DNA of 64,000 bases from Longimicrobiales bacterium (GTDB lineage: Bacteria > Gemmatimonadota > Gemmatimonadetes > Longimicrobiales > Gaopeijiaceae), in assembly GCA_965202805.1 (NCBI GenBank), contig OZ241869.1, forward strand, positions 2,336,001 to 2,400,000, read 5' to 3'. The translations under genes were made by a program, and so were the position numbers. The notes below the pieces were generated by a model. The model did not search any database. It was not told where the DNA came from and saw only the letters and a list, made by a program, of their open reading frames with translations. The number at the start of each line of letters is the position of its first letter. The first letter of the stretch is position 1. Below, piece by piece: positions 19,408 through 29,344 of this stretch.

Positions 19408-20778
19408 CTACATGATCACCCGCCGCATGTACTGCCTGACCTTCTCCATGTACTTCTCGAAGAAGTACTTCTGGATGTCCATCATGTCGAGTTCGCGGCC
19501 CTGGATGTAGGCCTGCTCGATGTCGGTGGTCATGTCGAGCGGCGTGCCCGTCGTGATGAGGAAGGTCGCCTGCTTGCCCGGCTCCAGGGAGCCGACCCGG
19601 TCGTCGAGCCCCAGGAACTCCGCCGGGTTGATGGTCACCGCCTTCAACGCCTCGTCCTCGGGAAGCCCGAACGCAACCGCCACCCCCGCCTCAAAGGGCA
19701 GCCGGTTCGAGTACAGCGAGCCCGAGCCGCCGGAGATCGCGAAGCGGACGCCCGCCTCGTGCAGCCGCGCCGGCATCGAGTAGGCGCCGTCGTAGCCCTC
19801 GTAGTCCCGGCCGGGCGCGGCCATCGTCGATGTCAGGATCACCGGCACGTCCTCGGCGACCAGACGGTCCGCCACGTGGATGGCGTCGCGGCCGCCCCGG
19901 ATTACGATCCTGAGGTTCTCCTCCTGCGCCCAGGTGACGGCGTCGTTGATCTGCGCCGCGCCATCGGCCGCGACCACAACGGGAAGTTCCCCGTCGAAGA
20001 CCGGCATCATCGCCAGATAGCGGGAGTCGCTGCGCACCTCTTCGCCGGCGGCAACGGCGTCCCGGTAGGCCCGCGCCTCGGCGAAGAAGCCCTTGAGCTG
20101 CTGCACCTGCTCCTCGTAGCTCGGCGGTTCCTCCTGCGGCCCGAAGCGGAAGCCGCCGAAGCCGCGGAAGCGGCGGGGGTTCGGGTTCGGCCAGTTCACG
20201 TTGAGCGCGGCAGCCGACTGCATCGACATCTCCTCCCAGCTCCAGCCCTCGAGGGCCATCGCGGAAGACATGCCGGACACGAGTCCGCCGTCCGGCGTCG
20301 TGAGCGTCGTGAGCACGCCGGCCGAACGGGTCGTGCCGATGTGCCGGCTCTCGGCGTTCACCGCGATGTCCGCGCGCACATTCGGGTTGAAGTCCCCCAG
20401 CTCATTGATGTCGTTGGAGACCCCGACCGCCCCGATCTCGGCGATCCCCACGGTGCTGTAGGCGTCGATGAGCCCGGGATAGATGTGCTTCCCGGTCGCG
20501 TCGACCACGCGGGTCCCGTCCGGAATCTCCAGATCGGCGCCGACCGCCGTGATCATCCCGTTCTCGAAGAGGATGGTTCCGTTCTCGATGACACCGCTCG
20601 TCACCGTGTGAATGGTCGCTCCGCGCAGGGCCATCGGCTCGGCCTGCGGGGGGACCGTCATGCGGACCTGGGCCTCGATGGCCGCCGGCGCCCATGCCAG
20701 GAGCGCCAGCGCCGCGCAGGCGGCTCTTCCCGCCCGTGACCAGGTTCCCTTCATCGCCCGTCCCTCGATCGTCGTCAT
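19408..20778 (-). CDS. Amidohydrolase family protein (probably non-catalytic partner subunit)
   Basis: DATGKHIYPGLID, ALKAVTINPAEFLG, VGSLEPGKQAT; metal-binding HxH absent (DAYST); TGATG overlap with the upstream amidohydrolase. Confidence 0.85.
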   Translation of the reverse strand: MTTIEGRAMKGTWSRAGRAACAALALLAWAPAAIEAQVRMTVPPQAEPMALRGATIHTVTSGVIENGTILFENGMITAVGADLEIPDGTRVVDATGKHIYPGLIDAYSTVGIAEIGAVGVSNDINELGDFNPNVRADIAVNAESRHIGTTRSAGVLTTLTTPDGGLVSGMSSAMALEGWSWEEMSMQSAAALNVNWPNPNPRRFRGFGGFRFGPQEEPPSYEEQVQQLKGFFAEARAYRDAVAAGEEVRSDSRYLAMMPVFDGELPVVVAADGAAQINDAVTWAQEENLRIVIRGGRDAIHVADRLVAEDVPVILTSTMAAPGRDYEGYDGAYSMPARLHEAGVRFAISGGSGSLYSNRLPFEAGVAVAFGLPEDEALKAVTINPAEFLGLDDRVGSLEPGKQATFLITTGTPLDMTTDIEQAYIQGRELDMMDIQKYFFEKYMEKVRQYMRRVIM

Positions 20779-23777
20779 CAGTTTCTCTCCATCTGAGCGT
20801 TCCGGCCGCCGTTTTCCTCCACGGACAGGATGGCCTGGATCAGCTCTGTGCGTTCCTGTTCGATCCGGTCCCGCATGGCCGCGTCCTCCTCGAGCGAGAA
20901 GTACCGGCGGCCGTCGACCCACGTCTGCTCGGCGCGCGAGAACTGCGAGAGCGGGTTGCCGCTCCAGATCACGAAGTCGGCGTCCTTGCCGGCCTCCAGC
21001 GAACCGACCTGGTCGTGGATCGCCACTGCCTCCGCCGCCTGGTTGGTCACCGTCGACAACGCCTGCTCCGGGGTGAGCCCGGTGCGCAGCAGCTTGCCCG
21101 CCTCCCAGTTCATGCGGCTGGCGATCTCGCTGTTGTCGGAGTGCAGCGAAGTCACGACTCCCGCCTCGATCAGGATGCGGGCGTTGTACACCGTCGCGTC
21201 GTACGCCTCGAGCTTGAAGGCGCCCCAGTCGCTCCACACCACGGCCGCGACCCCCGACGCCGCGAGCTCGGGCGCGATCTTGTAGGCCTCGACCCCGTGC
21301 TGCAGCGTCTGGACCCGGAAGCCGAACTCCTCGGCCAGCCGGACCAGCGCGAGGAACTCGTCCGCGCGATAGCCGTGCGACGAGATGAGGAGCTCCTGGT
21401 CGAGGATGTCCAGAATCGCCTCCATGCGCAGGTCGCGCCGCGGAGGCAGCCCCTCCTGGTTCTCCTCCCATCGCTGCCACTCGCGCTCGTAGTCCCGCGC
21501 GGCCATGAAGTGGTCGCGGATGATCTCCTGCGTGCCCATGCGGGTGTCGGGATAGCGGCCCTGACGCCGCTTCGGGTTCTCGCCCAGGGCGAACTTCACC
21601 GTGCGGGGCGCGTTCTCCAACTTGAGATCCTCGGGCAGCGCCCCCCAGCGCATCTTCACGAAGACATTCTCGCCGCCGATGGGATTCGCGGAACCGTGCT
21701 TGATGTGCGCAGAGGTGAGCCCGCCGGCCAGCTGTCGGTACATCCAGATGTTGTTGTGGGTCACGACGTCGCCCATGCGCACCTCGGGGACGATCGCGAA
21801 GCCGCTTTCGTTCACCGCGCTGACGCCCGAGTGGATGTGCGGATCGATCATCCCCGGCGTGACGTGCTTGCCGGTCGCGTCGATCTCGACCGCGCCGCCG
21901 GGGGCGTCGAGATCCATGCCGACCGCTTCGACCGCCCCCGCGCGCACCAGGAGGTCGGCGCCTTCGAGGATGCCCTGCGGCCCCTGGGTCCAGACCGTCG
22001 CGTTGCGAACCACGACGGCGGCGGGCTGCTCCGGGATCGAGGTGCGCCCGTAATCCATCATGGGCCGGATGAAGGGCAGGTCGATCTCGGGCACCTCCAT
22101 CGCCACGGTACCGCGCGCCGGGCCCTCGAAGCCCTCGGTGCGGGTGCCGCGGAAGGACGGATCCGCCCCGTTGGGCAGTGAAGTCCATCCGTAGAAGTCG
22201 TCGCCGTGCACCGAACCCGACAGGAGCGCCATGCCCTGATAGCCGAGCACCTCGCCGTTGAAGCGGACGTCGAGGCGGCCGGTCTCGGCGATCGCGCTGG
22301 CCGATTCGAGCTCGACCCTTGCGCCGCCCGGCAGTTCGGGCCCCGTGCTGGCGATGTCGAGGTGGCCGCGCAGCCGGTTCAGCGGACCCTCCAGGACGAG
22401 AACGGCGTCGAAGCCCCACTCGTCGTCCGAGGCGATCTCCCAGCTTCCTCTTGGATCGATCTGGGCCGGGCGGGTCACGCCGTAGACCCTTCCCTGCACC
22501 CATACGTCGCGAACCGTCGCCTCCTCGGCGAAGAGATCGCCCTCGCTCACGATGAGGTTGGCCACCTTGCCCTCGGCGATGGTTCCGTGGGTCCGATCGA
22601 TCCCCAGCCAGGAGGCCGGCGTGGTGGTGAGCGCCGCCAGCGCATCGTCCGCCTCGAGCCCCCGCGCCACCGCGACGCGCAGATTGGGCAGAAACTCGTT
22701 CAGCGACGCAAGGCCGTCGGTCGTGATGGCGAAGCGGACCCCGGCGTCGGCCAGCTGCGCCGCGCTGGTCGGCGCCAGGTACCAGTGGCGCAGATCGGCG
22801 AGCGAGGCATCGAGCGCGGCCCCCGGATGGCCCACGTCGGGGGCGTCCGGGAAATCGAGCGGAACGATGAGGGGATCGCTGCGCCCGCGCAGCACGTCGA
22901 GGAGCCGGTACTCGAGACCGTTCCCACGGTACCACGCCTCGAGCCCGAACTCCGACGCGAGGCCATGCGCGCGCAGGTATTCCTCCTCGCTGCCCGTCTC
23001 GAAGATGACCGGCTGATCGCCGTCCGCCGCGTCTTCGAGCGCCGCCAGGGCTTCGCTGGTCTCCGGAGGCAGGAAGGCGCGGCCGCTCGACTCGTACGCA
23101 TTCCAGGCGCGCTCGTACCAGTCGGCATCCATGAACGTCTGCTTCATCAGCGCGATCGTGCCCATCGCGGAATTGGGATACGATCCGCCGAGCTCGAAGG
23201 AGCGCTGGAAGCCGATGGCCTGGGCGATGTCGGGGCGCAACACCCGGTCGCGCACGCCCTCGTCTCCGAGAGTGACCAGCGAGGCGGTGCCCCGGAAGAT
23301 GCCCTGCTTCGGGACCGCCAGCGCCGCGCCGAACCCCTGCGAGCGGAGCGCCGCGCGGCGGTCGGCGTCGTCCTGGAGGTTTCGCGTGGTGGAAAACCAA
23401 GCCCGCACCTGCGGATTCCAGTGCGTGGGGCCGATGTCACCGCCCTCCGGCACGTCGTCCATCCCCAGATCCGCGTGCGCGTCGATGAAGCCCGGGTACA
23501 CCGTGAGCCCGTCGAGATCCCACACGCGCGCGCCGGCCGGCGCGTCCCCGCCCCCGACCCCCTGGATGAGGCCATCGCGGATCACGATGGTCGCGTCGTC
23601 CATGACCTGCCCCGGCCCGGTCACCACCCGCGCCCCAACCAGGGCGTGGAACCCGGTGCCGTTGTCGCGCATGCCCTCCACCGGCTGGGTTCGGGTCGCC
23701 TGCTGGGCATCGACGCCCGTCGCCAGGACGGCCGCCAGCCCCATCGTGCCGAGTATTGCCTTCACGGAACCCCCCAT
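20778..23777 (-). CDS. Secreted double-domain amidohydrolase family protein
   Basis: Two amidohydrolase domains: VYPGFIDAH and VTPGMIDPHIH; VKFALGENPK, YPDTRMG, GSLEAGKDADFVIW. Confidence 0.9.
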   Translation of the reverse strand: MGGSVKAILGTMGLAAVLATGVDAQQATRTQPVEGMRDNGTGFHALVGARVVTGPGQVMDDATIVIRDGLIQGVGGGDAPAGARVWDLDGLTVYPGFIDAHADLGMDDVPEGGDIGPTHWNPQVRAWFSTTRNLQDDADRRAALRSQGFGAALAVPKQGIFRGTASLVTLGDEGVRDRVLRPDIAQAIGFQRSFELGGSYPNSAMGTIALMKQTFMDADWYERAWNAYESSGRAFLPPETSEALAALEDAADGDQPVIFETGSEEEYLRAHGLASEFGLEAWYRGNGLEYRLLDVLRGRSDPLIVPLDFPDAPDVGHPGAALDASLADLRHWYLAPTSAAQLADAGVRFAITTDGLASLNEFLPNLRVAVARGLEADDALAALTTTPASWLGIDRTHGTIAEGKVANLIVSEGDLFAEEATVRDVWVQGRVYGVTRPAQIDPRGSWEIASDDEWGFDAVLVLEGPLNRLRGHLDIASTGPELPGGARVELESASAIAETGRLDVRFNGEVLGYQGMALLSGSVHGDDFYGWTSLPNGADPSFRGTRTEGFEGPARGTVAMEVPEIDLPFIRPMMDYGRTSIPEQPAAVVVRNATVWTQGPQGILEGADLLVRAGAVEAVGMDLDAPGGAVEIDATGKHVTPGMIDPHIHSGVSAVNESGFAIVPEVRMGDVVTHNNIWMYRQLAGGLTSAHIKHGSANPIGGENVFVKMRWGALPEDLKLENAPRTVKFALGENPKRRQGRYPDTRMGTQEIIRDHFMAARDYEREWQRWEENQEGLPPRRDLRMEAILDILDQELLISSHGYRADEFLALVRLAEEFGFRVQTLQHGVEAYKIAPELAASGVAAVVWSDWGAFKLEAYDATVYNARILIEAGVVTSLHSDNSEIASRMNWEAGKLLRTGLTPEQALSTVTNQAAEAVAIHDQVGSLEAGKDADFVIWSGNPLSQFSRAEQTWVDGRRYFSLEEDAAMRDRIEQERTELIQAILSVEENGGRNAQMERN

Positions 23778-23884
23778 TTGTCACCCCTGCGTAGATCACC
23801 TCGTTTCCAAAAGCCCGACCGGTCCCTGTCCGAGCCCGACGGCGTGCGAGTAACCTTGATGACTACGCTTCCCACGGCGTCCGG

Positions 23885-25195
23885 TCAATCGGGGGTCCGG
23901 TCGTCGGAGGGCGCTCGAGATCGGCGCGGCAGGGTCCTGGGATCGGGGCCCGGCGCCCGGGCGGACCTGGGCAGCGTGTCGACGCCGACATCGGCTGCGG
24001 CCGCGGCGCGCGGGAGCGCAGCGCGGGCCTCAAGCCTCTCGATTGCGGCCGAGATCGCCTGACCCCTGGCCTCCCGTGAGTCGATGCCCCTGAGGACTTC
24101 GCGGAGCCGAGGCAACGCCTGCACGGCGTGGATTTCAGCGAGCGCGTTGGCCGCGTGCGTGGCAGCAGACCCATCGAGCGCGCCGCCCAGGGCGGCGATG
24201 ATCTCTCCCCCGTACCCACCGTCGTCCGCCTTGAGCGGTCCGCAGTCTCCGCCGAGGGCCGCGAGCACGGTGTCGGCCAGCTCCCCGGCGCCCAACTGCC
24301 GCAACGCCGTGCCGACCCTGGCCTGAATGGGCCGGCCGTCGGCCTCCCGGGTGTCTCCAAGCAGGGGGATCAGGTGGCCGATCGCATCCCCGTGCCGGAT
24401 CGCGGCGAGGGCCTCGATCGCCCGGGCCCTGAGCAGGGCGTCCTCGTCCCGGAGAACGGAAGCGAGGGCGGGAACGGCCTCGGGATCCCCGAGTCGCCCA
24501 AGCGCGGCTGCCGCGTCGCGTCGCGGCTCGTCCCCCTCCCAGAGGACAAGCTTGTCCTTGATCTCGCCTCCGGGCGCGTACAGGCGCCGGATGTGGATCC
24601 CGACATCGTCCTCGTAGGCCTCACCCTCGTGACAGACCTGCTGCAGCACTTCGGCGAAGAGGTCGAACAGGGTCCGGAGCTGCGCCAGATCCTTGATCAC
24701 CCCGGTCGACTGGAAGTGGAGTTCGTCCACGCCTGCGGGGAACTTGCTCAACCAGCCTTCATGCGCCTTGACGGACAGGCGAATCTTCGGCTGGGCATCG
24801 ATGAGGCGGCGGATTCTCTCGTTGTCGAAGAGCCGCCGCACGCGTCCGGGCGCATTGCCCTTGATCACGAAATCCTCGTCGAAGCGGGGATGGCCGACGT
24901 CGATGTCCTGCATGCCCAGCCCCTTCCCCAGCCCGCTGAAGAGGGTCGCCCGGTAAATCTCGAACCTGAAGCCCTCCGGATTGAAGTAGGGAGCGCGCAG
25001 CCGGGTGTAGGTCTGGCTCGACTTGCCGGTGCTCACCGTGAAGGTGTCGAGCGTGATGATCCAGTCGTCGGCGCGGGCCTGGACGGCGGATGCCGTGAAG
25101 AAGTCCCCTTCGTGGAACCGCCCGCCCACCTCCTGGGAGAGCTGCTGCCAGATCTCCTTCCGACTCGGGCCGAACAGGGACTTGAGGAAGCTCAT
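23885..25195 (-). CDS. HEAT-repeat protein with N-terminal DUF3137-like domain
   Basis: N-terminal TYTRLRAPY, GMQDIDVGHPRFDEDFVIKGN; C-terminal HEAT/PBS-lyase repeats (RRDAAAALGRLGDPEAVPALASVL, RARAIEALAAI). Confidence 0.75.
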   Translation of the reverse strand: MSFLKSLFGPSRKEIWQQLSQEVGGRFHEGDFFTASAVQARADDWIITLDTFTVSTGKSSQTYTRLRAPYFNPEGFRFEIYRATLFSGLGKGLGMQDIDVGHPRFDEDFVIKGNAPGRVRRLFDNERIRRLIDAQPKIRLSVKAHEGWLSKFPAGVDELHFQSTGVIKDLAQLRTLFDLFAEVLQQVCHEGEAYEDDVGIHIRRLYAPGGEIKDKLVLWEGDEPRRDAAAALGRLGDPEAVPALASVLRDEDALLRARAIEALAAIRHGDAIGHLIPLLGDTREADGRPIQARVGTALRQLGAGELADTVLAALGGDCGPLKADDGGYGGEIIAALGGALDGSAATHAANALAEIHAVQALPRLREVLRGIDSREARGQAISAAIERLEARAALPRAAAAADVGVDTLPRSARAPGPDPRTLPRRSRAPSDDRTPD

Positions 25196-25254
25196 TCGGC
25201 GGACTCCCAGACGCTCATCGCGTCTTCGGCGCCCATCGCATCTTCGGGGCTCAT
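25192..25254 (-). other. 20-codon mini-ORF bridging the Hsp70 and HEAT genes, built from 18-bp tandem repeats
   Basis: MSPEDAMGAEDAMSVWESAE*; its ATG overlaps the Hsp70 TGA and its TGA overlaps the HEAT ATG. Confidence 0.45.
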
Positions 25255-26843
25255 CGCAACCGCACCACCGGGTGTCTGACCTCGAGGTCGGTCTTTCGCT
25301 GCAGATCGTGCACGGTAACGCACAGCCAGCGGTTCTCGTCAACCGAGTAGGTTACGCGCAGCCGGGGCGCCGCGCCCCGGCCGGCCGGGTTCAGCGGCAG
25401 CGCCGGATCCGCCTCGTTGAGGCACAGGCAGAACGCCCGTTCGCCCGCGGTCCCGGGCGTGAAATAGCGGGAGCCGTTGGGGCGCTCGGTCCACTCGACC
25501 GGACGCCCGGCCACGCGCCCGACCTCGCAGACGAAGAGGTTGATGTGCTGCTGGCCGTCGAAGCCGGGAGCGTAGTAGCGGGTCACGAAGTCGTCGACCG
25601 TCGGAAAGCAGGTGCCACCGGGGATGAGCAGCTCGTACTCGGCCTCTCCGCCATCGGCGGGCAGCAGTCGAAGCGCGTAGTCGTGGTAGATGAAGTCCTG
25701 TACGTGCGCGCCGCCCGCGTAGATGCACGCACCTCGCGCAACGCTGGCGAACGGGAGCCACTCGCGCACCTTCTCGCGGCCCAGCACGTCGCCCACGACG
25801 TTGCGGACTTCGGGAAGAAGGGTGGAGCCTCCCTCGAGGATCACGTCGTCGATCTCGCCCAGGCGCACGCCATGCCGGGTGAGCAGCTCGTTGAGCAGTG
25901 CGTCCAGAAGCTCCCGCATCCGCGCGTACAGCCCGTTTCCGGCGAGGATGTCGCGCAGGCCGTCGTAGTCCAGCCTCCCGAACGACTCGTTGCGGAAGGT
26001 GAAGTCGCCTTCGCTCCCCGCGCTGGCGAGCAGCTTCACCCGCTCGGCCTCCCACCTGAGCGCGACCTCCCATTCGGGCCAGTCGTGAAGCGCCGCCGGG
26101 ACGAACCGCTCCAGGATCCAGCCGTCGACATCGTCGCCGCCGAGCTCCACGGCCTGCTTCGCCAGCACCTCCGCCCGACCGGTCTCCATCGTGCGCGCGC
26201 CGTGGGTGCGCACCACCGCGGCCTCCATCGATCCGCCCCCGAAATCGAAGGCCACGAGGGTGGTGGGTCGTCCGACATCCACGCCGTAGCCGAGCGCGGC
26301 CGCGACGGGCTCGTCGAGCGTGCGGAACACGATCCCGGTCGGCTTGCCCCGGAGGCGCGCCCAGACGCGTTCCCACCAGCCCCGCCGCTTCAGACGCCGG
26401 ACAATCGCCTGCAGTTCGGCCCGGTACGTCTCGTAAAAACCGCTCGGCGTGGCGATGGTGATGTCGGCGACTTCTTCGTCGAACCGCGCCTCGAGGGTGC
26501 CGATGACCTGCCGCAGGAAAAGCGAAGCGATGTCCTGGGCGGTGAAGGCTCGCCCGTCCACGCGCGCCATCGCCCGGCCGCTCTCCATCCCGAGGTAGCG
26601 CTTGAAGCCGCGCACGAAGCCCGCGGCGCGTCCGTCCCAGTTGTAGGTGACGGCTTCCTGCCCGATCAGGACCTTCTCGCCCTCCCGGTCCATCACGCAT
26701 ACGCACGACGGCATGACGGGCGTCTGCGTAACGGGCTCGATCTTCGCGAGATCCGGCAGGTTCACGATGTGCGGCCGGCCCGACCGGTCTTCGCAAACGG
26801 TCGTGTTGGATGTGCCGAGATCGATGGCCCAGTGGGTTGGCAT
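25251..26843 (-). CDS. Atypical Hsp70-family ATPase
   Basis: AIDLGTSNT, LDEPVAAALGYG, FDFGGGS, LGGDDVD, LEGGSTLLP; short non-DnaK C-terminal domain. Confidence 0.85.
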   Translation of the reverse strand: MPTHWAIDLGTSNTTVCEDRSGRPHIVNLPDLAKIEPVTQTPVMPSCVCVMDREGEKVLIGQEAVTYNWDGRAAGFVRGFKRYLGMESGRAMARVDGRAFTAQDIASLFLRQVIGTLEARFDEEVADITIATPSGFYETYRAELQAIVRRLKRRGWWERVWARLRGKPTGIVFRTLDEPVAAALGYGVDVGRPTTLVAFDFGGGSMEAAVVRTHGARTMETGRAEVLAKQAVELGGDDVDGWILERFVPAALHDWPEWEVALRWEAERVKLLASAGSEGDFTFRNESFGRLDYDGLRDILAGNGLYARMRELLDALLNELLTRHGVRLGEIDDVILEGGSTLLPEVRNVVGDVLGREKVREWLPFASVARGACIYAGGAHVQDFIYHDYALRLLPADGGEAEYELLIPGGTCFPTVDDFVTRYYAPGFDGQQHINLFVCEVGRVAGRPVEWTERPNGSRYFTPGTAGERAFCLCLNEADPALPLNPAGRGAAPRLRVTYSVDENRWLCVTVHDLQRKTDLEVRHPVVRLR

Positions 26844-26939
26844 GGATTAATCCAGTGGCGGTCTCTTGAAGTGACACCTGCGGGTGTCGTGACGCATGAT
26901 GTCGGGTTCGCCGGACGCGCTCCGGGGAGTGACTGCCGC

Positions 26940-28139
26940 TCACCTCCACAATGCCCCGAGCGGCACGGCGTAGAGCCCCTCCCCGAACGCGGTGGTGTGA
27001 TCGCCGTCGTAGAGGAGCACGCCCATGCGGAACCGCTTCCCCGCCACGCGCCGGAAGCGCTTCAGCCCGGTGAAGTCCCGCGCGCGCAGCGAGGCCGCCG
27101 CCTTGACCTCAATCCCGTAGCATTCACCCGACACACTCTCCAGAACGACGTCCACCTCGATCTTGTCCTTGTCGCGATAGTGATGGAAGGCGAGAGGCTC
27201 CTCCACCCAGAGCGCCTGCTTTCTCAGTTCGTTGTACACGAAGGACTCCAGCAGAAACCCCAGATCGGCGGGGCTTCCGAGCAGCCGCCGCCGGTTGATC
27301 CCGCGCATCGCGCACATCATTCCGGTGTCGACGGCGTGCATCTTCGGCGTCTTGACCAGGCGCGTGAACTCGGAGGCGTGCCAGGCCGGAACCCGCTCCA
27401 CGAGAAAAAGCTGTTCCAGGAGAGCCAGGTACTTCCCCGCGGTGAGACGGTTCAGACCCAGCCTGCCCCCGAGGTCGGCCAGGTTGACCAGCCTTCCCGA
27501 GAGAACGGCGGTCAGCCGGAGCAGTCTGGTCATGGAGTCCAAATGACCGATCCCGGGCAGGTCTCTCAGATCCCGCTGGATGAGCGTGCTCACATATTGC
27601 CGGTACCAGGCGGCCACCCGTCGTTCGCTCGTCCGCGTCAGGGGCTCCGGAAAGCAGCCCGCTACAATCCGCCGCACCAGATGATCCCTGACCCGCACTT
27701 CCTCCGCTACGGGCGGTTCGCCCCTGAGAAGGGTGCCGAGAAAGGTCGGCTCACGGCCGGCGATTTCGCATTCCGACAGCGTGGCGAGCCGGACAGCCTC
27801 CATCCGTCCGACCAGCGCATCGGACACCCTGGGCCGGAGAAGCGCGTTGGCCGATCCGGTCAGCAGGAAGCGCCCCGGCGTCCGATTCTCGTCCACCGCC
27901 TGCTTGATTGCGAGCAGCGTCTCGGGCACCCGCTGAACTTCGTCGAGGGCAATCCTCTTCGGTGGAAGATTGCGGACGAAGCCGACGGGATCGGCGCGGG
28001 CCACCTCCGCCTGCGCGATGTCGTCGAAGGTGATGTATTCCCAGCTGGCGTCGATGAGGTCCTTCACCAGGGTTGTCTTTCCCACCTGCCGCGCACCCAT
28101 GACGAATACCACAGGTGTGTCGGCGAGCGCCTCGCGCAC
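26940..28139 (-). CDS. AAA_14 / DUF4143 ATP-binding protein
   Basis: Walker A GARQVGKTT, Walker B IALDEVQR, FLLTGSAN, KTPK, DTG, YRDKDKIEVD, IEVK; true start may lie slightly upstream. Confidence 0.9.
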   Translation of the reverse strand: MREALADTPVVFVMGARQVGKTTLVKDLIDASWEYITFDDIAQAEVARADPVGFVRNLPPKRIALDEVQRVPETLLAIKQAVDENRTPGRFLLTGSANALLRPRVSDALVGRMEAVRLATLSECEIAGREPTFLGTLLRGEPPVAEEVRVRDHLVRRIVAGCFPEPLTRTSERRVAAWYRQYVSTLIQRDLRDLPGIGHLDSMTRLLRLTAVLSGRLVNLADLGGRLGLNRLTAGKYLALLEQLFLVERVPAWHASEFTRLVKTPKMHAVDTGMMCAMRGINRRRLLGSPADLGFLLESFVYNELRKQALWVEEPLAFHHYRDKDKIEVDVVLESVSGECYGIEVKAAASLRARDFTGLKRFRRVAGKRFRMGVLLYDGDHTTAFGEGLYAVPLGALWR

Positions 28140-28239
28140 GAGGCGGGCGGTGAATCGTGGATAGATGACGGCGGGCTCCTGCGCGGGAGGAGGGCTCCGG
28201 AGGAGGCCGGAGGGCGGCGGTCGATCGTGAATCTATCAG

Positions 28240-28343
28240 CGTCCAATCGTTATTGAAAGGTCGTCCAATCGTTATTGAAAGGTCGTCCAATCGTTATCGA
28301 TACGCCGTCTAATCGTTAGTCACCGACCGTCCAATCGTCATCG
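28240..28343. repeat. 22-bp tandem direct repeat array (about 5 copies) with core CGTCCAATCGTTA
   Basis: Units start at 28240, 28262, 28284, 28306 and 28328; the first two are identical (cgtccaatcgttattgaaaggt). Confidence 0.9.
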
Positions 28344-28468
28344 CCGGGGAACCGCAGCAGCTGTCGGGAAGGATCCACCCGGGGCCGCGGCATGTTGTTG
28401 CGGACGTGGCCCGTGGGATGACTACATTACATGCCCGCCGAACACCGCAGGTTACACCGAGCAAAGCC

Positions 28469-29104
28469 ATGATGCACAGGGCGAGACATGGATGGGTCGA
28501 GGTCGTCGCCGGCGTCATGTTCAGCGGCAAGTCCGAGGAGCTGATCCGGCGCGTGCGGCGCGCCCTTATCGCCGGACGGCGGGTGCAGCTCTTCAAGTCC
28601 CACCTGGACGACCGCTACGGCGGCCAGTTCCGCATCTCGTCCCACGACGGCCGCCAGATCGACGCCGAGCCCGTGTCCAACTCCGTGCAGCTCGCCGAAA
28701 AGGTCCGCCCGGAGACGCAGGTGCTCGCCATCGACGAAGCCCAGTTCCTGGACGACGGCATCTGCGAGGTTGTCGATGCGCTGGCCGATGCGGGGATGCG
28801 CGTGATCATCGCCGGCACCGACATGGACTTCCGCGGGGAGCCCTTCGGCCCCATGGGCCTGCTCCTGGCGCGCGCGGAGCGGATCGACAAGCTGAACGCC
28901 ATCTGCGTCGTGTGCGGCGATCCCGCGACGAGAAACCAGCGCCTCATCGACGGGAAGCCGGCGCCCGCGGAGGGCCCGACGATCCACGTCGGAGGCGCCG
29001 AGTCCTACGAGGCCCGCTGCCGCCGCTGCCATGAGGTGCCCAAGCGGGATCGGGCCCAGCGGGAGCTTTTGCCGAGGCGCGGGAAGGGATGGGAGGGGGT
29101 GTAG
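28469..29104 (+). CDS. tdk: Thymidine kinase
   Basis: GVMFSGKSEELIRR, IDEAQFLD, DMDFRGEPFGPM, CVVCG and CRRC zinc ligands. Confidence 0.95.
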   Translation: MMHRARHGWVEVVAGVMFSGKSEELIRRVRRALIAGRRVQLFKSHLDDRYGGQFRISSHDGRQIDAEPVSNSVQLAEKVRPETQVLAIDEAQFLDDGICEVVDALADAGMRVIIAGTDMDFRGEPFGPMGLLLARAERIDKLNAICVVCGDPATRNQRLIDGKPAPAEGPTIHVGGAESYEARCRRCHEVPKRDRAQRELLPRRGKGWEGV

Positions 29105-29107
29105 ACC

Positions 29108-29344
29108 ATGACACACGGCAGACTGAATCGACTCTCGTTTCCGGCGCAGATCCTGATGACCGCGATCATCGTGGCCGCCCTGGCCGGGGCCGCCCGCCTG
29201 GCGAGTTCCGAAGAAGACTCCAGGGCGTTCGACGAAGCGGCGGAGCAGACGCGGTTTCAGCTGGAAGGAGCTGCTCGCGGTGTCGAAGCGGCCGACCCCC
29301 CGGACGACGAGCGCCAGATGCCCGTGGAGCGTGAAGAGCCATGA
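29108..29344 (+). CDS. Small hypothetical membrane/secreted protein
   Basis: 78-aa ORF filling the tdk-desaturase gap, with one hydrophobic segment and an ATGA overlap downstream. Confidence 0.5.
   Translation: MTHGRLNRLSFPAQILMTAIIVAALAGAARLASSEEDSRAFDEAAEQTRFQLEGAARGVEAADPPDDERQMPVEREEP

Noticed and set aside
20779..23400. 1330-aa ORF 19408-23400 as a single protein or frameshift fusion
   Set aside because: The upstream part overlaps the 999-aa amidohydrolase out of frame; the real gene starts at 20778 with a signal peptide
28240..28343. Possible mini CRISPR array
   Set aside because: The period is only 22 bp with 9-nt variable parts, the first two units are identical, and there are no cas genes
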